Shown here: positions 21,619 through 31,877 of the stretch, in pieces | Layout: every line of letters starts with the position of its first letter | Position numbering within the stretch: the stretch's first letter is position 1 | Assembly: GCA_965650885.1 (NCBI GenBank) | Contig: CBFGQI010000009.1 | Span: 185-64,184 of the forward strand | Direction of reading: 5' to 3' | Length of the DNA: 64,000 nt | DNA from: an uncultured Oxalobacteraceae bacterium | GTDB lineage: Bacteria; Pseudomonadota; Gammaproteobacteria; Burkholderiales; Burkholderiaceae_D | Position numbers and translations under genes: made by a program | The notes under the pieces: model-generated | Databases searched by the model: none | Seen by the model: only the letters and a program-made list of their open reading frames with translations | What the model was told of the DNA's origin: nothing

Positions 21619-24600
21619 CTAGTGCAAGGCGAAGTCGACGCGGCCGGCGGCGCCGGCTTTGGGCGCGATCAGGAAAATGCGCTCCGGCGACACCTGCCCC
21701 TGCTTCACCAGCCAGTCCTTGGCCGCCTGCGCGCGGCGGTTGCCGAGCGCGATGAAATCATCGTCGTCCAAGCTGAGATTGGCCAGCATCAGCTTTTCCA
21801 TTTCTTCGGCCGGCAGCGATTTCGCCAGGCCCAGGGCATTGCGCGGTTTGGCGAAAGTCTCGTCCTTGTATGCGCGCGCCAGCAGGACGCCATATTCGTC
21901 CTTCGCCACCACCACGCCACCTTCCGGAAGTGCCGCGCCGCGTGCCTGGATATCGCGCGTCTTGAGCTGCCGTAGCTTGCGTTCGAGCGCGACGCGCCGC
22001 AGTGCATCCGCCTCGGCGTCCGCATCGAAGCGGCCGATGATGTCCAGCTTCAAGCCCGGACGTTCGCCCAGCGCCTTCGCCAGCGATTTGAGCTTGCCTT
22101 CCGACGCCGGCAGCAGTGCCGCGCGTGCCGGTTCGAATTCCAGCATCGACAATTCCTCGCCGCCGCCGAACAGCGATCCGAGCAGGGCGAACGGCGCGGC
22201 AACGGCTTTCGTGACCGCGTTGCCGATCACCTTGAGGATGATGCCGCCCAGCGAGAATTGCGGATCGTCCAGCGATCCGCCGATCGGCACATTGATGTCG
22301 ATCACACCATTGCGGTCGCTCAGCAAGGCGACGGCCAATTGCACCGGCAGCTTGGTCGCTTCGGGATTGGTGCTTTCCTTGCCGAAGGTGAGCTGGTCCA
22401 GCAGCAGGCGGTTCTCGGCCTTCAACTGGCGGTTCTCCAGCTGATAGGCCACTTCGAAGGTCAGCTTCCCCTTCTCGATGCCGTAGCCAACGTATTTGTC
22501 GGCGTAGGCCGAGAGCTGCGACAGTTCCATGCCGCGCACATCCGCGCGCAGGTCGAGCGACAATTCCTGTTTCAGCGGATGGATACGGCCGGCGATCAGC
22601 AACGGTGCGCCGCTCACGTTGCCGCGCAAATCCACGTTGGCGCTATGCGCCGGATCGGATGACAGACCGCTTACCGTGCCGCCCAGCTCCTTCAGGTTGG
22701 CGCTGTAGTTCGGCTTGATGAAGTTGTCGGTGAAGCGCACGCGCCCGCCCGAGAGCAAGAGCTTGCCGATGCGGATGGGCGGCAGCGGCTCGGCGGCGGC
22801 CGGCGGCGCAGCAGGTGGCGCAACTTGCGGCGCGGCCTGCGCCACCCGGTTCGACTTGCTCTTGGCCTCTTTGGCAGCTTGCGCACGCGCACCGGCTTCG
22901 GTCAGGCTCCTGCCTTCCTCGCCTTCCCTGCGCGTCACGTCCTGCACATTCATCCGGCCGTTCGGGTCGATGATGACGCGGGCGAAGAAGTCGTGCAGTG
23001 CCACGCGCTCGATATTCAGCGCGAATGGTTTGAAGTTGACGTCCATGCCGCCGAAGGCCAGCGATTTCCAGCTGAGGAAGTCGTTCGAACTTGACTTGTC
23101 GACAGTGGACAGGCGGTCCACGCTGACATCGCCCTTGAAGCCGCCGGCGACCGCACCATCCTGCCCGGTTTCCAGGCGCAGGCGGGCCTTGCTCGAAACG
23201 GCAGCCTGCAGCAGGCGCAAATTGACGTAATCGGTCACGTAAGGCTGAAGCGGCAACAGGTCGAAGTTCTTCAAATCGAGAGCCAGGTCGGCTTTCAACG
23301 GCGACGGCGCCAGTTGTCCCTTCAACTCCAATCGTCCCTTGTTGATGCCTGTCTTCAGCGACACCTCGGCCATGGTGCCCGGCACGCTGGAATAGCCTTT
23401 CACGGTCAGCGCCAAGGGCGACAGCTTGAAAATGGTCGGTTCGCTATGGAAGTCTTCCTGCAGGCGCGCCGCCCAATCGTTGATCTCCACTTTGCCGACC
23501 TTGATTTGAAGCGGCGCTTCAGTTCCGGGCTTGACCGGCGGCTTCGCGCCCGCCGGTGTGGGCGCGGCTGCGGCCTTGCCTTGGTGGACGTCGATGTCCG
23601 CACTGTGCGAGGCAAGCGAGGCGATGTCCAGCGTGCGCTTGCCGCTGTCGAACGCGATGTCCCGTGCGTGCAAACCAAACTTCGCCAGGTCGGCACGCAG
23701 TTTTCCCTGCGGGCTTTCGTCGGCATAGCGCAGCGCCGCGCCATTGACCGTAAGTTCCTTCAGCAGCACCAGCGGGCCGTTCGCGGCGCCAGCCGGCTTG
23801 GCGTCCGGCTGGGCGGCCGGCGCGCCGGTCTGCCCCGAAGCTGGCGATGCGGCCGGCACCAGCTGCGCCAGGTTCAGTTTCCCATCCTTGCTGCGCTGGA
23901 CGTCCAAGGCCAAGCCATCGATGCCGACCTGCGCAATCTCGAATCGCTGCGCCAGCAGATCCAGCTTGCCCAGCTTGACTTTCAGCGCGTCGAGGCTGGC
24001 CACCTGCTTGCCATCGAGCTGCTGCAATTGCACGCCCGACAGGCTGGCTTCGCCGCCAAATACCAGCGATGCCGGCTTGTCTTTCGGCTGCACCACGCTC
24101 AGCTTGAGGGCCGCGTCGAGCTGCGCCGACGGCAGCTTGAAGCCGGGTTTGAACGGCAGGTAGCCCACATAGGCTGTCAGGTCGACCTTGTCGAGCCTGA
24201 GTTCGAGCGCATAATCTTTCGGATCCGCGAACGGCCGCGCTTTGCCCTGCAGCTGCACTGGCGCACCGTTGATGTTGGCGCTGAATAGCGGCTCGACGAA
24301 AATCGTGACATCCGCCGGCAGCGACGAGACGAACGGCAAACCCAGTTTCAATTCCCGCACCTGATGCGTGACCCCGGCCGGCTTATCGTCAAACGCCAGG
24401 GCGCCCTCCTCCAGCTGGATATTGTTGACCGAGAAGCGCGCCGGTTCAGGCGATGGCGGCTGGCTGGCGATCAGTTGCAGGATGTCGTCGATGTTGTAGC
24501 GGTTGTCGGCATTGCGCGCCAGATGCACGTACGGCTTGGTCAGCCGCACCTCTTGCACTACCGGCGCCAGGCGCGCCACCGATTGCCACGACAGGTTGGC

Positions 24601-24858
24601 GCCCAGCCGATCAAAGCTGGCAAGAACGGTGCCGCCGTCCTGCTCCATCAGCTTCAGGCCGCGCACCGAGGCGCTGAGTGTGAACGGGTTGAACGACACT
24701 TCTTCGATACTGAGCTGGCGGTGCAGTTTTTCCTCGGCCAGCCGGGCGGCCTGCGACTTGACGATTGCCGGCACGGCAAGGAAGCCGATGCCTGCGTACG
24801 CCAGCAGCAGCCCGGCCAAACTGCCCGGGACAAGGTATTTCAAGGGTGGGATCTTCAT
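21619..24858 (-). CDS. DUF748 / AsmA-like large envelope protein
   Basis: N-terminal TM anchor, ~1000 aa of beta-rich repeats and a C-terminal OmpA-like tail (NRRAQAAKDWLVKQG). DUF748 assignment is from memory of the family. Confidence 0.7.
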   Translation of the reverse strand: MKIPPLKYLVPGSLAGLLLAYAGIGFLAVPAIVKSQAARLAEEKLHRQLSIEEVSFNPFTLSASVRGLKLMEQDGGTVLASFDRLGANLSWQSVARLAPVVQEVRLTKPYVHLARNADNRYNIDDILQLIASQPPSPEPARFSVNNIQLEEGALAFDDKPAGVTHQVRELKLGLPFVSSLPADVTIFVEPLFSANINGAPVQLQGKARPFADPKDYALELRLDKVDLTAYVGYLPFKPGFKLPSAQLDAALKLSVVQPKDKPASLVFGGEASLSGVQLQQLDGKQVASLDALKVKLGKLDLLAQRFEIAQVGIDGLALDVQRSKDGKLNLAQLVPAASPASGQTGAPAAQPDAKPAGAANGPLVLLKELTVNGAALRYADESPQGKLRADLAKFGLHARDIAFDSGKRTLDIASLASHSADIDVHQGKAAAAPTPAGAKPPVKPGTEAPLQIKVGKVEINDWAARLQEDFHSEPTIFKLSPLALTVKGYSSVPGTMAEVSLKTGINKGRLELKGQLAPSPLKADLALDLKNFDLLPLQPYVTDYVNLRLLQAAVSSKARLRLETGQDGAVAGGFKGDVSVDRLSTVDKSSSNDFLSWKSLAFGGMDVNFKPFALNIERVALHDFFARVIIDPNGRMNVQDVTRREGEEGRSLTEAGARAQAAKEAKSKSNRVAQAAPQVAPPAAPPAAAEPLPPIRIGKLLLSGGRVRFTDNFIKPNYSANLKELGGTVSGLSSDPAHSANVDLRGNVSGAPLLIAGRIHPLKQELSLDLRADVRGMELSQLSAYADKYVGYGIEKGKLTFEVAYQLENRQLKAENRLLLDQLTFGKESTNPEATKLPVQLAVALLSDRNGVIDINVPIGGSLDDPQFSLGGIILKVIGNAVTKAVAAPFALLGSLFGGGEELSMLEFEPARAALLPASEGKLKSLAKALGERPGLKLDIIGRFDADAEADALRRVALERKLRQLKTRDIQARGAALPEGGVVVAKDEYGVLLARAYKDETFAKPRNALGLAKSLPAEEMEKLMLANLSLDDDDFIALGNRRAQAAKDWLVKQGQVSPERIFLIAPKAGAAGRVDFALH

Positions 24859-26783
24859 ATCCCATTATTGTAATCGCACACTCCTTTCGGGAAGATCCGG
24901 TTGAGCCAGGTTTTCTGCGCATCGGTAAAGCGTACCGAGGGGCCGTAGGTACCGTCGGCAAGCGCCTGCGCCACGGGCTTCAGCCGGCACTTGAAGGTAT
25001 CACCCCGGATCGAATCGCCCGCCGCCATGCGCGGGCTGCCATGGATCGGGAAAGCCTGGGTGCAGGCGCCAGGCTTGCCGCCATCCAGGATGCCGCTCCA
25101 CGCATCGGGGCCGGAGCCGATCGCCGTCCCCGCGCTATCGACGCAGCGGTCGGCAAATTCCGCCGGCGCACTACCGCTGGCGAGATATTTGTCCAGCACG
25201 CCCAGCGCCTTCACGACCTGCCCCGGCAAATCGGTGTCGGGCCGCGCGAACCAGATCACCTGCCGTTTCGCCGCCACCGGATTGGCGGCCAGCAGGCGGG
25301 CGCGTACCGAAAACGCTTGCCGCGCATTGTGCATGTCCAGCTCTGCCTCACGGTAAGGGCGCAAGTCGATCATCGGGATGCCGAGCTGCTTGCCGGTGAA
25401 GACATGCCCGGAGTCGAACGCCGCGCGAATTGCGCGCTGATCCGCTTCACGGCGCGGCGCCGGCATCCCCTCCGGATCCCGGCAGGTGGCACTGCGGTGC
25501 ATATTGGCCGAATCGAAGGGATCGCTATCCTGCTTCCATGGCACGAAGTCGCGCTGCTCTTTCCAGCTGCCCACGCAAGCATTGACGCGCAGGAACTCAT
25601 CCGCCTCGATCCTGCCAGCCACCAGCGCCGTAAGGCCGTACTGCACGCCCACGTTATCGATCGGGATGGGCGCGAAGCCCTCGGCATCGGTCCCATAGAA
25701 TTGCTCCAGGTCGTTCCAATGCGTCCACTTCACCTTGGCGAAAGCTTCGGGCTCGTAGCCATAGGAAGCGATTGCCTTATCGAAGCGGCTGTCGCGGAAA
25801 TGCGGGTTCAGCACCGTCGGCATGGCAAAGCGCCAGCCATTGATGCATTCCGTCGAACCGGGCTTGCCGGTGATCGGGTTGCGCGCGGTGTCGCTGGCAT
25901 TCATGCCTTCCACCAGCGACTGCCGGCTCCACGTCGCCCATGGGGAGCTGGGGTCGCGCGCCACCTCGTCCCGGAAGTATTGGCCCAGCAAAGGACAATC
26001 GGAGATCGGGATCGACTGCGTCACCATGTCCGGGTAGGACTGCACCGGAATGCCGGCATCGAACAAGCCCGGGCGGTTTTGCGCGAACATATACTGCTGC
26101 ACCGCGCCGCCCGAACCGCCGATGCCGATGGTGTACACCGGCTTGCCATAGCTGGCCGCGAAGTAAGCCTTGGTTTGCGCCGCCGTCTCCTCGGCCAGGC
26201 GCATGTTGTAATGCACCCCGGTCTCATTCCCTGACGAGCTGGCGATGGCGTAGCCTTCCGCCAGCAGCTTGGGCATCAGCTGCTTCTCCGAACTATTCAG
26301 CGCATCGTTGAACCACATGGCCAAGCCCTGCTGGTGCCCGATGCCGACGCCACCGCGCATCCAGTAAATGAGCTTATGGTTCCAGGGCGCCCGCTCCAGC
26401 ATCGCGATGGTGTAGATGAAGCGGTTGATGGTGCCAGCCTCCACCCGTACCACGAAAGGAATGGTCGATCCATTCACGACAATCATCTTCATGTCCGGCG
26501 GCGGCAGTTTATAACCGTTCTCCATATCGAACGGCTTGAAGCCCGAACCGGTGAAGTAGAAATGCTGGATGCGCTTCTTGATCGCGCACTGGCTGCTGTG
26601 ACCAACCAGCCTGCCGGCTTCGTCGCGTACCGGATGCCCGATGCCCTGCTGGTTGTCGGCCAGCGGCTGGCCGAGGCCCGATTCCACTGTGCGGCAGATG
26701 AAGGGCTGCTGCTGGTGCGCTTGCGGGGTGCTGCATCCTGCCAGGGTGACAGCCGCCAGAGCGGCCAGAATCCAAGCTTTCAT
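24855..26783 (-). CDS. Lipoprotein, probable alpha/beta hydrolase
   Basis: Lipobox (AAVTLAGCS) and a G-G-S-G-G nucleophile-elbow-like motif (IGIGGSGGAVQQY). ATGA overlap with the downstream DUF748 gene. Precise family not recognised. Confidence 0.6.
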   Translation of the reverse strand: MKAWILAALAAVTLAGCSTPQAHQQQPFICRTVESGLGQPLADNQQGIGHPVRDEAGRLVGHSSQCAIKKRIQHFYFTGSGFKPFDMENGYKLPPPDMKMIVVNGSTIPFVVRVEAGTINRFIYTIAMLERAPWNHKLIYWMRGGVGIGHQQGLAMWFNDALNSSEKQLMPKLLAEGYAIASSSGNETGVHYNMRLAEETAAQTKAYFAASYGKPVYTIGIGGSGGAVQQYMFAQNRPGLFDAGIPVQSYPDMVTQSIPISDCPLLGQYFRDEVARDPSSPWATWSRQSLVEGMNASDTARNPITGKPGSTECINGWRFAMPTVLNPHFRDSRFDKAIASYGYEPEAFAKVKWTHWNDLEQFYGTDAEGFAPIPIDNVGVQYGLTALVAGRIEADEFLRVNACVGSWKEQRDFVPWKQDSDPFDSANMHRSATCRDPEGMPAPRREADQRAIRAAFDSGHVFTGKQLGIPMIDLRPYREAELDMHNARQAFSVRARLLAANPVAAKRQVIWFARPDTDLPGQVVKALGVLDKYLASGSAPAEFADRCVDSAGTAIGSGPDAWSGILDGGKPGACTQAFPIHGSPRMAAGDSIRGDTFKCRLKPVAQALADGTYGPSVRFTDAQKTWLNRIFPKGVCDYNNGI

Positions 26784-26917
26784 GGCGCCTCCTCCTTGGC
26801 CAACAAGTCTACCCCATTTAAGCTTGCGCGCCGCAGGCTGTGGCGACACCATCGCCACTCAGGACAAAGAGCCCGGCTTATATGACAGAATACTGGTTTA
26901 ACTGTGTAAGGGCACCT

Positions 26918-27247
26918 ATGCAATTCCCCAGCTTTAGCGACAAATTTTCGGACAACCTGTCTCTCTTGCCCGCCGTGGATACGGTTGCCGCAATCGAGCT
27001 TCTCGACCAATCAGGTACTCCGGTGGCAAAGATCGAAAACAAGCCAGGCCAGGCGGGATCGCTGCGCGTATATTCCTGGCTCGCCGAAGCTTTCGGCGCG
27101 ATCAGCCCGGAGGCGGCGGAAGTAGGCGTCAGGATTTATGCCGAACACACGCAAGATGCCCGCGCCAACCCAGGAAAGCATCCCAACATTGACCGCCTGT
27201 TCGACATCAAGACGCCGGGTCAAACCCTGCAGGTGAAACGCCTGTAG
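26918..27247 (+). CDS. Small conserved hypothetical protein (DUF2322-like)
   Basis: Motifs LLPAVDTVAAIELLD...PGQAGSLRVYSWLAEAFG...ANPGKHPNIDRL. Family name is from memory. The start is one of three candidates: 26840 GTG, 26882 ATG or 26918 ATG. Confidence 0.5.
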   Translation: MQFPSFSDKFSDNLSLLPAVDTVAAIELLDQSGTPVAKIENKPGQAGSLRVYSWLAEAFGAISPEAAEVGVRIYAEHTQDARANPGKHPNIDRLFDIKTPGQTLQVKRL

Positions 27248-27273
27248 GCCCATCCTCCGCGCCCGCCAAAGCA

Positions 27274-27303
27274 AAAAGCCCAACCGGTTAAGGCTGGGCT
27301 TTT
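27274..27303. terminator. Bidirectional intrinsic terminator hairpin (A-tract/stem/T-tract), tRNA-Asn module copy 1
   Basis: aaaagcccaacc-ggttaa-ggctgggctttt. It lies between the convergent DUF2322-like gene and tRNA-Asn. Confidence 0.7.
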
Positions 27304-27311
27304 CTATGTCC

Positions 27312-27387
27312 TGGCTCCCCGACCTGGACTCGAACCAGGGACCTGCGGATTAACAGTCCGTCGCTCTACCGACTGAGCTATCAGGGA
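27312..27387 (-). tRNA. tRNA-Asn (anticodon GTT), copy 1
   Basis: Reverse complement TCCCTGATAGCTCAGTCGGTAGAGCGACGGACTGTTAATCCGCAGGTCCCTGGTTCGAGTCCAGGTCGGGGAGCCA folds as a cloverleaf. Anticodon loop is CTGTTAA and CCA is encoded. Confidence 0.95.
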
Positions 27388-27398
27388 AAAGAGGCCGC

Positions 27399-27427
27399 AT
27401 TATAGCCAGCCTTTTTGAACCTGACAA
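27399..27427 (-). promoter_or_regulatory. Sigma70-type promoter for tRNA-Asn copy 1
   Basis: Minus strand TTGTCA-17 nt-TATAAT. The -10 element ends 11 nt before the mature 5' end. Confidence 0.6.
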
Positions 27428-27510
27428 GAGCTTGCAAAAAAAGAATCCCAAGGCAACAATGACGGCCGTGATATTTTTTTTGCAACACTGCCAGCCGAGG
27501 AACCTGTTTG

Positions 27511-28998
27511 ATGCGATTGCGCTTATCCGTAACACCCAGCTTGTTATTGTGCTTAGCCGCCGGCGCCAGCCATGCTGCGCCAGAGGCGGCCACGACCTCC
27601 CCCGCCGACTGGACCGCGCTCGCCACGCGAGACGTCCAGTTCGCCGTCGACGCCCTGCGCCGCAACCATGCCGGCGCGATTGCGGGTCAGTACGACATCG
27701 TCGCATCGCTGGAGACCAGTTCCCGCAGTGCTTTACTGGAAGCGGAGCAGGCAACAACCGAGCGCGATTACAGGCGGACGCTGGCGCGCCTCATCTTCAG
27801 CTTTGCCGATCCGCATACCAGCGTCAACCTGAACCAGTTGAAAATCCGGGCCTGGAACGGCCTGGTGCTGGACCGCAGCGGCGACCAGTACCGCGTGGTC
27901 TGGTCGGAACCGGGCTGGCCGCATCCCCTGCCGCCGGTGAACGCGGTCGCGCAGAGCTGCGACGGCGTCTGGACCGGCAGTTTCCTGAAGTTCGGCGTCG
28001 CGCCGTTCATCCCGTATGGCGCCGAGTTTCCCGCCGCAGCCAGCACCGCAGCGCGCCAGGCGATGTTCGACAATGGCCTGGTGATCCCGCCCAAACAATG
28101 CACGTTTGCGCTGCCCGACGGCAGTGTGCGCGCCTATGCATTGCCGCTGCGCGAAGCTTCCGAGATCGGCGACGAGCATGTACAAAAGATGCGCAAGCAA
28201 TTCATCGCGAAAGCGCGTCCGCCAGGGCTTTATCCGCTCGCGCGCGGCATGCATTGGGTCGGCATGCCCGACTTCAACGGAGCCAAGTCCGGTCCCGCCT
28301 ATGAACAGCTCTATCCCGAGCTGGAAAAACTGCACAAGGCAAACTGGATCGTCTTCGATTTGCGCGGCAATGGCGGCGGCGACTCCTCATGGGGCAGCCG
28401 TGCGCTGGAGGCCCTGTACGGCAAGGAATACAGCCGGCAGCTGGGCGAACTGCCGGCGTACGCCAAGTACCTGATCGCCGACCAGGCGACCATCGGCTTG
28501 TACAAACACTATGCCACCGCGCCCGAGTTTGCCGCCTCGCGCGACGAATTCGGCGCCGCCTTGCGCAAGCTGGAGGCCGGCATGGCCAATGGCGACAAGC
28601 TGGTGCAGGTGTATGGCGCCACCGCCGCGGAGCATGCGGCGACAGCCGCCAAGGTGCGCCAGCGTCCCAGCGGTCCGCGCATCGCCGCCGTCATCGACCG
28701 CAATTGCTTCAGCTCGTGCATGAACTTCCTGCAGCAATTGCGCGGCATCGGCGATACCGTGGTGCTGGGCGAAACGACCTGGGGCTATTCGCCGACCGGC
28801 GAAATCAACCGCTTCGAGCTGCCAAGCGGTAAAGGAACGCTGTTCATCCCGTCGGCACTCTATTCGTCCACGCAAGCCACGCGCGAGCCATTCGTGCCGG
28901 ACCTGGCTTATCCAGGCGACATGACGGATGACGATCGGTTGATGAAGTGGGTGGCGGCCGAACTGGCCAGGCTGAAATCGGGGCGGAAGCCGCGGTGA
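27511..28998 (+). CDS. S41-family (C-terminal processing/tail-specific type) peptidase, secreted
   Basis: Signal peptide (SLLLCLAAGASHA) and the FDLRGNGGGDS motif typical of S41. Confidence 0.75.
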   Translation: MRLRLSVTPSLLLCLAAGASHAAPEAATTSPADWTALATRDVQFAVDALRRNHAGAIAGQYDIVASLETSSRSALLEAEQATTERDYRRTLARLIFSFADPHTSVNLNQLKIRAWNGLVLDRSGDQYRVVWSEPGWPHPLPPVNAVAQSCDGVWTGSFLKFGVAPFIPYGAEFPAAASTAARQAMFDNGLVIPPKQCTFALPDGSVRAYALPLREASEIGDEHVQKMRKQFIAKARPPGLYPLARGMHWVGMPDFNGAKSGPAYEQLYPELEKLHKANWIVFDLRGNGGGDSSWGSRALEALYGKEYSRQLGELPAYAKYLIADQATIGLYKHYATAPEFAASRDEFGAALRKLEAGMANGDKLVQVYGATAAEHAATAAKVRQRPSGPRIAAVIDRNCFSSCMNFLQQLRGIGDTVVLGETTWGYSPTGEINRFELPSGKGTLFIPSALYSSTQATREPFVPDLAYPGDMTDDDRLMKWVAAELARLKSGRKPR

Positions 28999-29001
28999 AG
29001 G

Positions 29002-29033
29002 CGTCACGCCGGGCCCGCGAGCCCGGCGTGACG
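29002..29033. terminator. Perfect 13-bp hairpin between convergent S41 and TonB-receptor genes
   Basis: cgtcacgccgggc-ccgcga-gcccggcgtgacg. There is no clear U-tract on either side. Confidence 0.5.
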
Positions 29034-29046
29034 GTACGGCTGTTAC

Positions 29047-31230
29047 TTAGAACGAGCCTTTGAACTGCACGCCAAACTGACGTGGCTCATTGATGAAGCC
29101 GGTCAGGTTGTTGAAGTCGATGGCGCCGGTGATGCGGCGCTGGTCGGTGATGTTGCGTGCGAAGGCTGCCACTTCATACTTGCCGCCGGCCCAGTTGTAG
29201 CCCACGCGCAGGCCGCCTTCGGTCAGCGGTGCGCCGGTGAATTCAACTGCTTCGTACAGGAAGAAGTTCACCTTGGAACGGTAAGACCAGTCGGTCAGCA
29301 CGAACAGGTTGCCTTCGGCCAGCGGGTAGTTGTAGCGGGCGGTCAGGTTGACGATCCACTTCGGTGCCTGTGGCAGGTCGTTGCCGTCGATGACTACGCG
29401 GCCAGCGGCGTTGATCGGGTCCAGCACGGTGCACTGGGCGCACTTGTTCACCGACAGCGCAGGATCGCGGATCTCGGTGAAGTTGTACGAGGCGCTCGCC
29501 GAAACCTTGAAGTCGTTGGTGACGAAGCCTTCGATCTCGCCTTCGATACCGCGGCCCTTGGTCTTGGCAGCGTTGATCAGCTTGGTGACGTTGGAATTGC
29601 CGCCGACCACGGTCAGCTGCTGGTTCTTCACGTCGTAGTCGTACACGCTCAGGGAAGCGCGGGCGCGGCGGTTCCACAGGTCGGCCTTCACGCCGGCTTC
29701 GATCGACGTGATGGTTTCAGCATCAGCCACGGTGATCGGCACGGAGGTGGAAGGAGCCGCGATCGATGGCGCGCGGAAGCCAGTGGCGTAGCGGGCATAC
29801 ACGCTGACGTCGTTGTTCAGCTTATAGGTGCCGCTCAGGTCCCAGTTGAACTTGTCCTTGGACAGGTTGGCGCTCTTCGGACCCACCAGCACGGTGCCGG
29901 TGGTTTCCAGCACGTCGAAGTCCTTCTTGTCGTCGGTGTAGCGCACGCCGCCGCGCACGGTGAACGCATCGTTCACGGCATAGTTCACGGAACCGAACAG
30001 CGCGTACGCTTCGTTCTTCTGCTGCGACTTCACGCGGGTGGTGCGGTTGCCGGCAACGTTGAAGTTATCCTGGCCAGCCACAGCCTTCTCGTCGAAGTAG
30101 TACACGCCTGCCTGCCAGTTCACCGGGCCGGTGTACTTGGACTCGACGCGGAACTCTTGCGAGTACTGCTTGATGTCGGGTACGAAGGCGGCGGTGGCAA
30201 CCTGGAACGGCACGGCCGGCGCGTTGGTCGGGTTGCCGCCGTCGATGTCGCCGGCCGAGTTGTACTTGGCCACGGTCTCGTAACCGGTGATCGAGTACAG
30301 CTTGTGCGCGCCCAGGTCCCAGCTCATGCGCAGGCTGGCGCCCTGGGTCTTCAGTTCCTGGTCTTCACGGCCGTTGATGGCGATCTTTTCCGGATCGAAG
30401 CCGTCGACGAAGGTGTTGGAACCCTTCTTGATGATGTTGGCGCGGAACAGGCGCGAGCTGCCGGTGGTCTGGCGCTGGTGCACGTTGAACAGGGCATTGA
30501 ACACGCCGTTCGGCTGGTACAGCACCTGCACGCGCTCGGCGTGCTCGTTGTAGCCTTCCAGCGCGTCCTTCTGGCCGGTGTAGGTGTTGTCGACGATGTC
30601 GTCGCGATGCTGGCGCAGGGTCGATACGCGCAGCGCCCATTCCTTCGACAGCGGCACGTTGGCGGCTGCTTCCAGGTTGATGGTGGCGTCGGTCGCGTAG
30701 GAAACGTTATAGAAGCCTTCCACGCCGCGCAGGCTTGGCTTGGCCGATTCGAACTTGACCACGCCGGCCGGGGTGTTGCGGCCGAACAGGGTGCCTTGCG
30801 GGCCGCGCAGCACTTCCACGTTGGCCAGGTCGTACATCGGGTAACCCTTCAGGATCGGGTTCTCCTGCACCACGTCGTCGTAAATCAGCGAAACCGGCTG
30901 CGAGGCGAACACGGCGAAGTCGGCGTTACCGTAGCCGCGGATGTAGAAGCGCGGGAATACGCGGCCGGTCGACGACTCGACGTTCAGCGATGGGGTCTTG
31001 CCCGCCAGGACGCGGATGTCCTGGCCGCCGGACAACAGGATGTCCAGCTTTTCGTCCTTGATCATGGACACGGACACCGGCACTTCGCGGATATTCTCGG
31101 CGCGGCGCTGCGCGGTCACGGTCACTACTTCCAGCTGGCCTGCCGGGGCTTGGGTGGCTTCCTGGGCCATGGCGGTCATCTGCACGGTGGCCAGCGTCAC
31201 GGCCAGATGCATCTTGGACAACTTCATCAT
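29047..31230 (-). CDS. TonB-dependent outer-membrane receptor
   Basis: Signal peptide, plug motifs (LEVVTVTAQRR..IREVPVSVS, VEVLRGPQGTLFGRN), a long beta-barrel and a terminal Phe. ATG at 31230 with an AAGGAAA RBS. Confidence 0.9.
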   Translation of the reverse strand: MMKLSKMHLAVTLATVQMTAMAQEATQAPAGQLEVVTVTAQRRAENIREVPVSVSMIKDEKLDILLSGGQDIRVLAGKTPSLNVESSTGRVFPRFYIRGYGNADFAVFASQPVSLIYDDVVQENPILKGYPMYDLANVEVLRGPQGTLFGRNTPAGVVKFESAKPSLRGVEGFYNVSYATDATINLEAAANVPLSKEWALRVSTLRQHRDDIVDNTYTGQKDALEGYNEHAERVQVLYQPNGVFNALFNVHQRQTTGSSRLFRANIIKKGSNTFVDGFDPEKIAINGREDQELKTQGASLRMSWDLGAHKLYSITGYETVAKYNSAGDIDGGNPTNAPAVPFQVATAAFVPDIKQYSQEFRVESKYTGPVNWQAGVYYFDEKAVAGQDNFNVAGNRTTRVKSQQKNEAYALFGSVNYAVNDAFTVRGGVRYTDDKKDFDVLETTGTVLVGPKSANLSKDKFNWDLSGTYKLNNDVSVYARYATGFRAPSIAAPSTSVPITVADAETITSIEAGVKADLWNRRARASLSVYDYDVKNQQLTVVGGNSNVTKLINAAKTKGRGIEGEIEGFVTNDFKVSASASYNFTEIRDPALSVNKCAQCTVLDPINAAGRVVIDGNDLPQAPKWIVNLTARYNYPLAEGNLFVLTDWSYRSKVNFFLYEAVEFTGAPLTEGGLRVGYNWAGGKYEVAAFARNITDQRRITGAIDFNNLTGFINEPRQFGVQFKGSF

Positions 31231-31341
31231 GATTTTCCTTGTGGGTGGCTTTGTGGATGTCCCCCTACTCTCCCCACCGGCTGCGGTCTGTCGCCGCAAA
31301 AATAGCGCGCATTATATACCTACTATAAGATTTCAGCACTA

Positions 31342-31758
31342 TCACTTGATTGTCAGCGTGCTACCGACCGCGCCGGCATAGAACACCACCAGCTTGACCG
31401 GACCGCTGCCCACATTGCGGCCGTTGTGCAGGGTATTCACCACTTCCGCCAGGGCCTGTCCGGGCGCCAGGCGCTTCACCGAACCATCCTTCAGGCTCAC
31501 CTCCAGCTCGCCCTCCAGGATGTAAGCGAAGGAGGCGACCGGATGCAGGTGCCAGCCCGTTTCCGCGCCGGGCGCGATTTCGATCAGCATGGCGGTGACC
31601 TCGGCCTGCCCCCCTGGGTAAGCCAGCGCGGCCCCATTCCAGCTAGTGGGCGATTGCAGCAGTTTGGTGACTTTGACGGAAGCGGACTGTTCCAGCGCGA
31701 CAGCAGGCTGGGCAGCGAAGACGGCGAGCGCGGCAAGCGCGGCGGCGAAAGTTTTCAT
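31342..31758 (-). CDS. Secreted cupin-domain protein
   Basis: Signal peptide (ALAVFAAQPAVA) and cupin motif (GWHLHPVASFAYILEGELEV). Confidence 0.75.
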   Translation of the reverse strand: MKTFAAALAALAVFAAQPAVALEQSASVKVTKLLQSPTSWNGAALAYPGGQAEVTAMLIEIAPGAETGWHLHPVASFAYILEGELEVSLKDGSVKRLAPGQALAEVVNTLHNGRNVGSGPVKLVVFYAGAVGSTLTIK

Positions 31759-31877
31759 GGTTCTCCTCGGTTGGTTTATGCCGCATGATAGACGCAGGTC
31801 AAAGCCCATTCACATAAGCCTCCTAGACTGGCTTGATCCCCGCAACAAAGGGATCCCCGAACCGTCTAGGAGACATC

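Noticed and set aside
31231-31341. Riboswitch or leader element upstream of the TonB-dependent receptor
   Set aside because: Only ~80 nt lie between a TATAAT-like box and the start codon. I recognise no cobalamin, TPP or other riboswitch core motifs.
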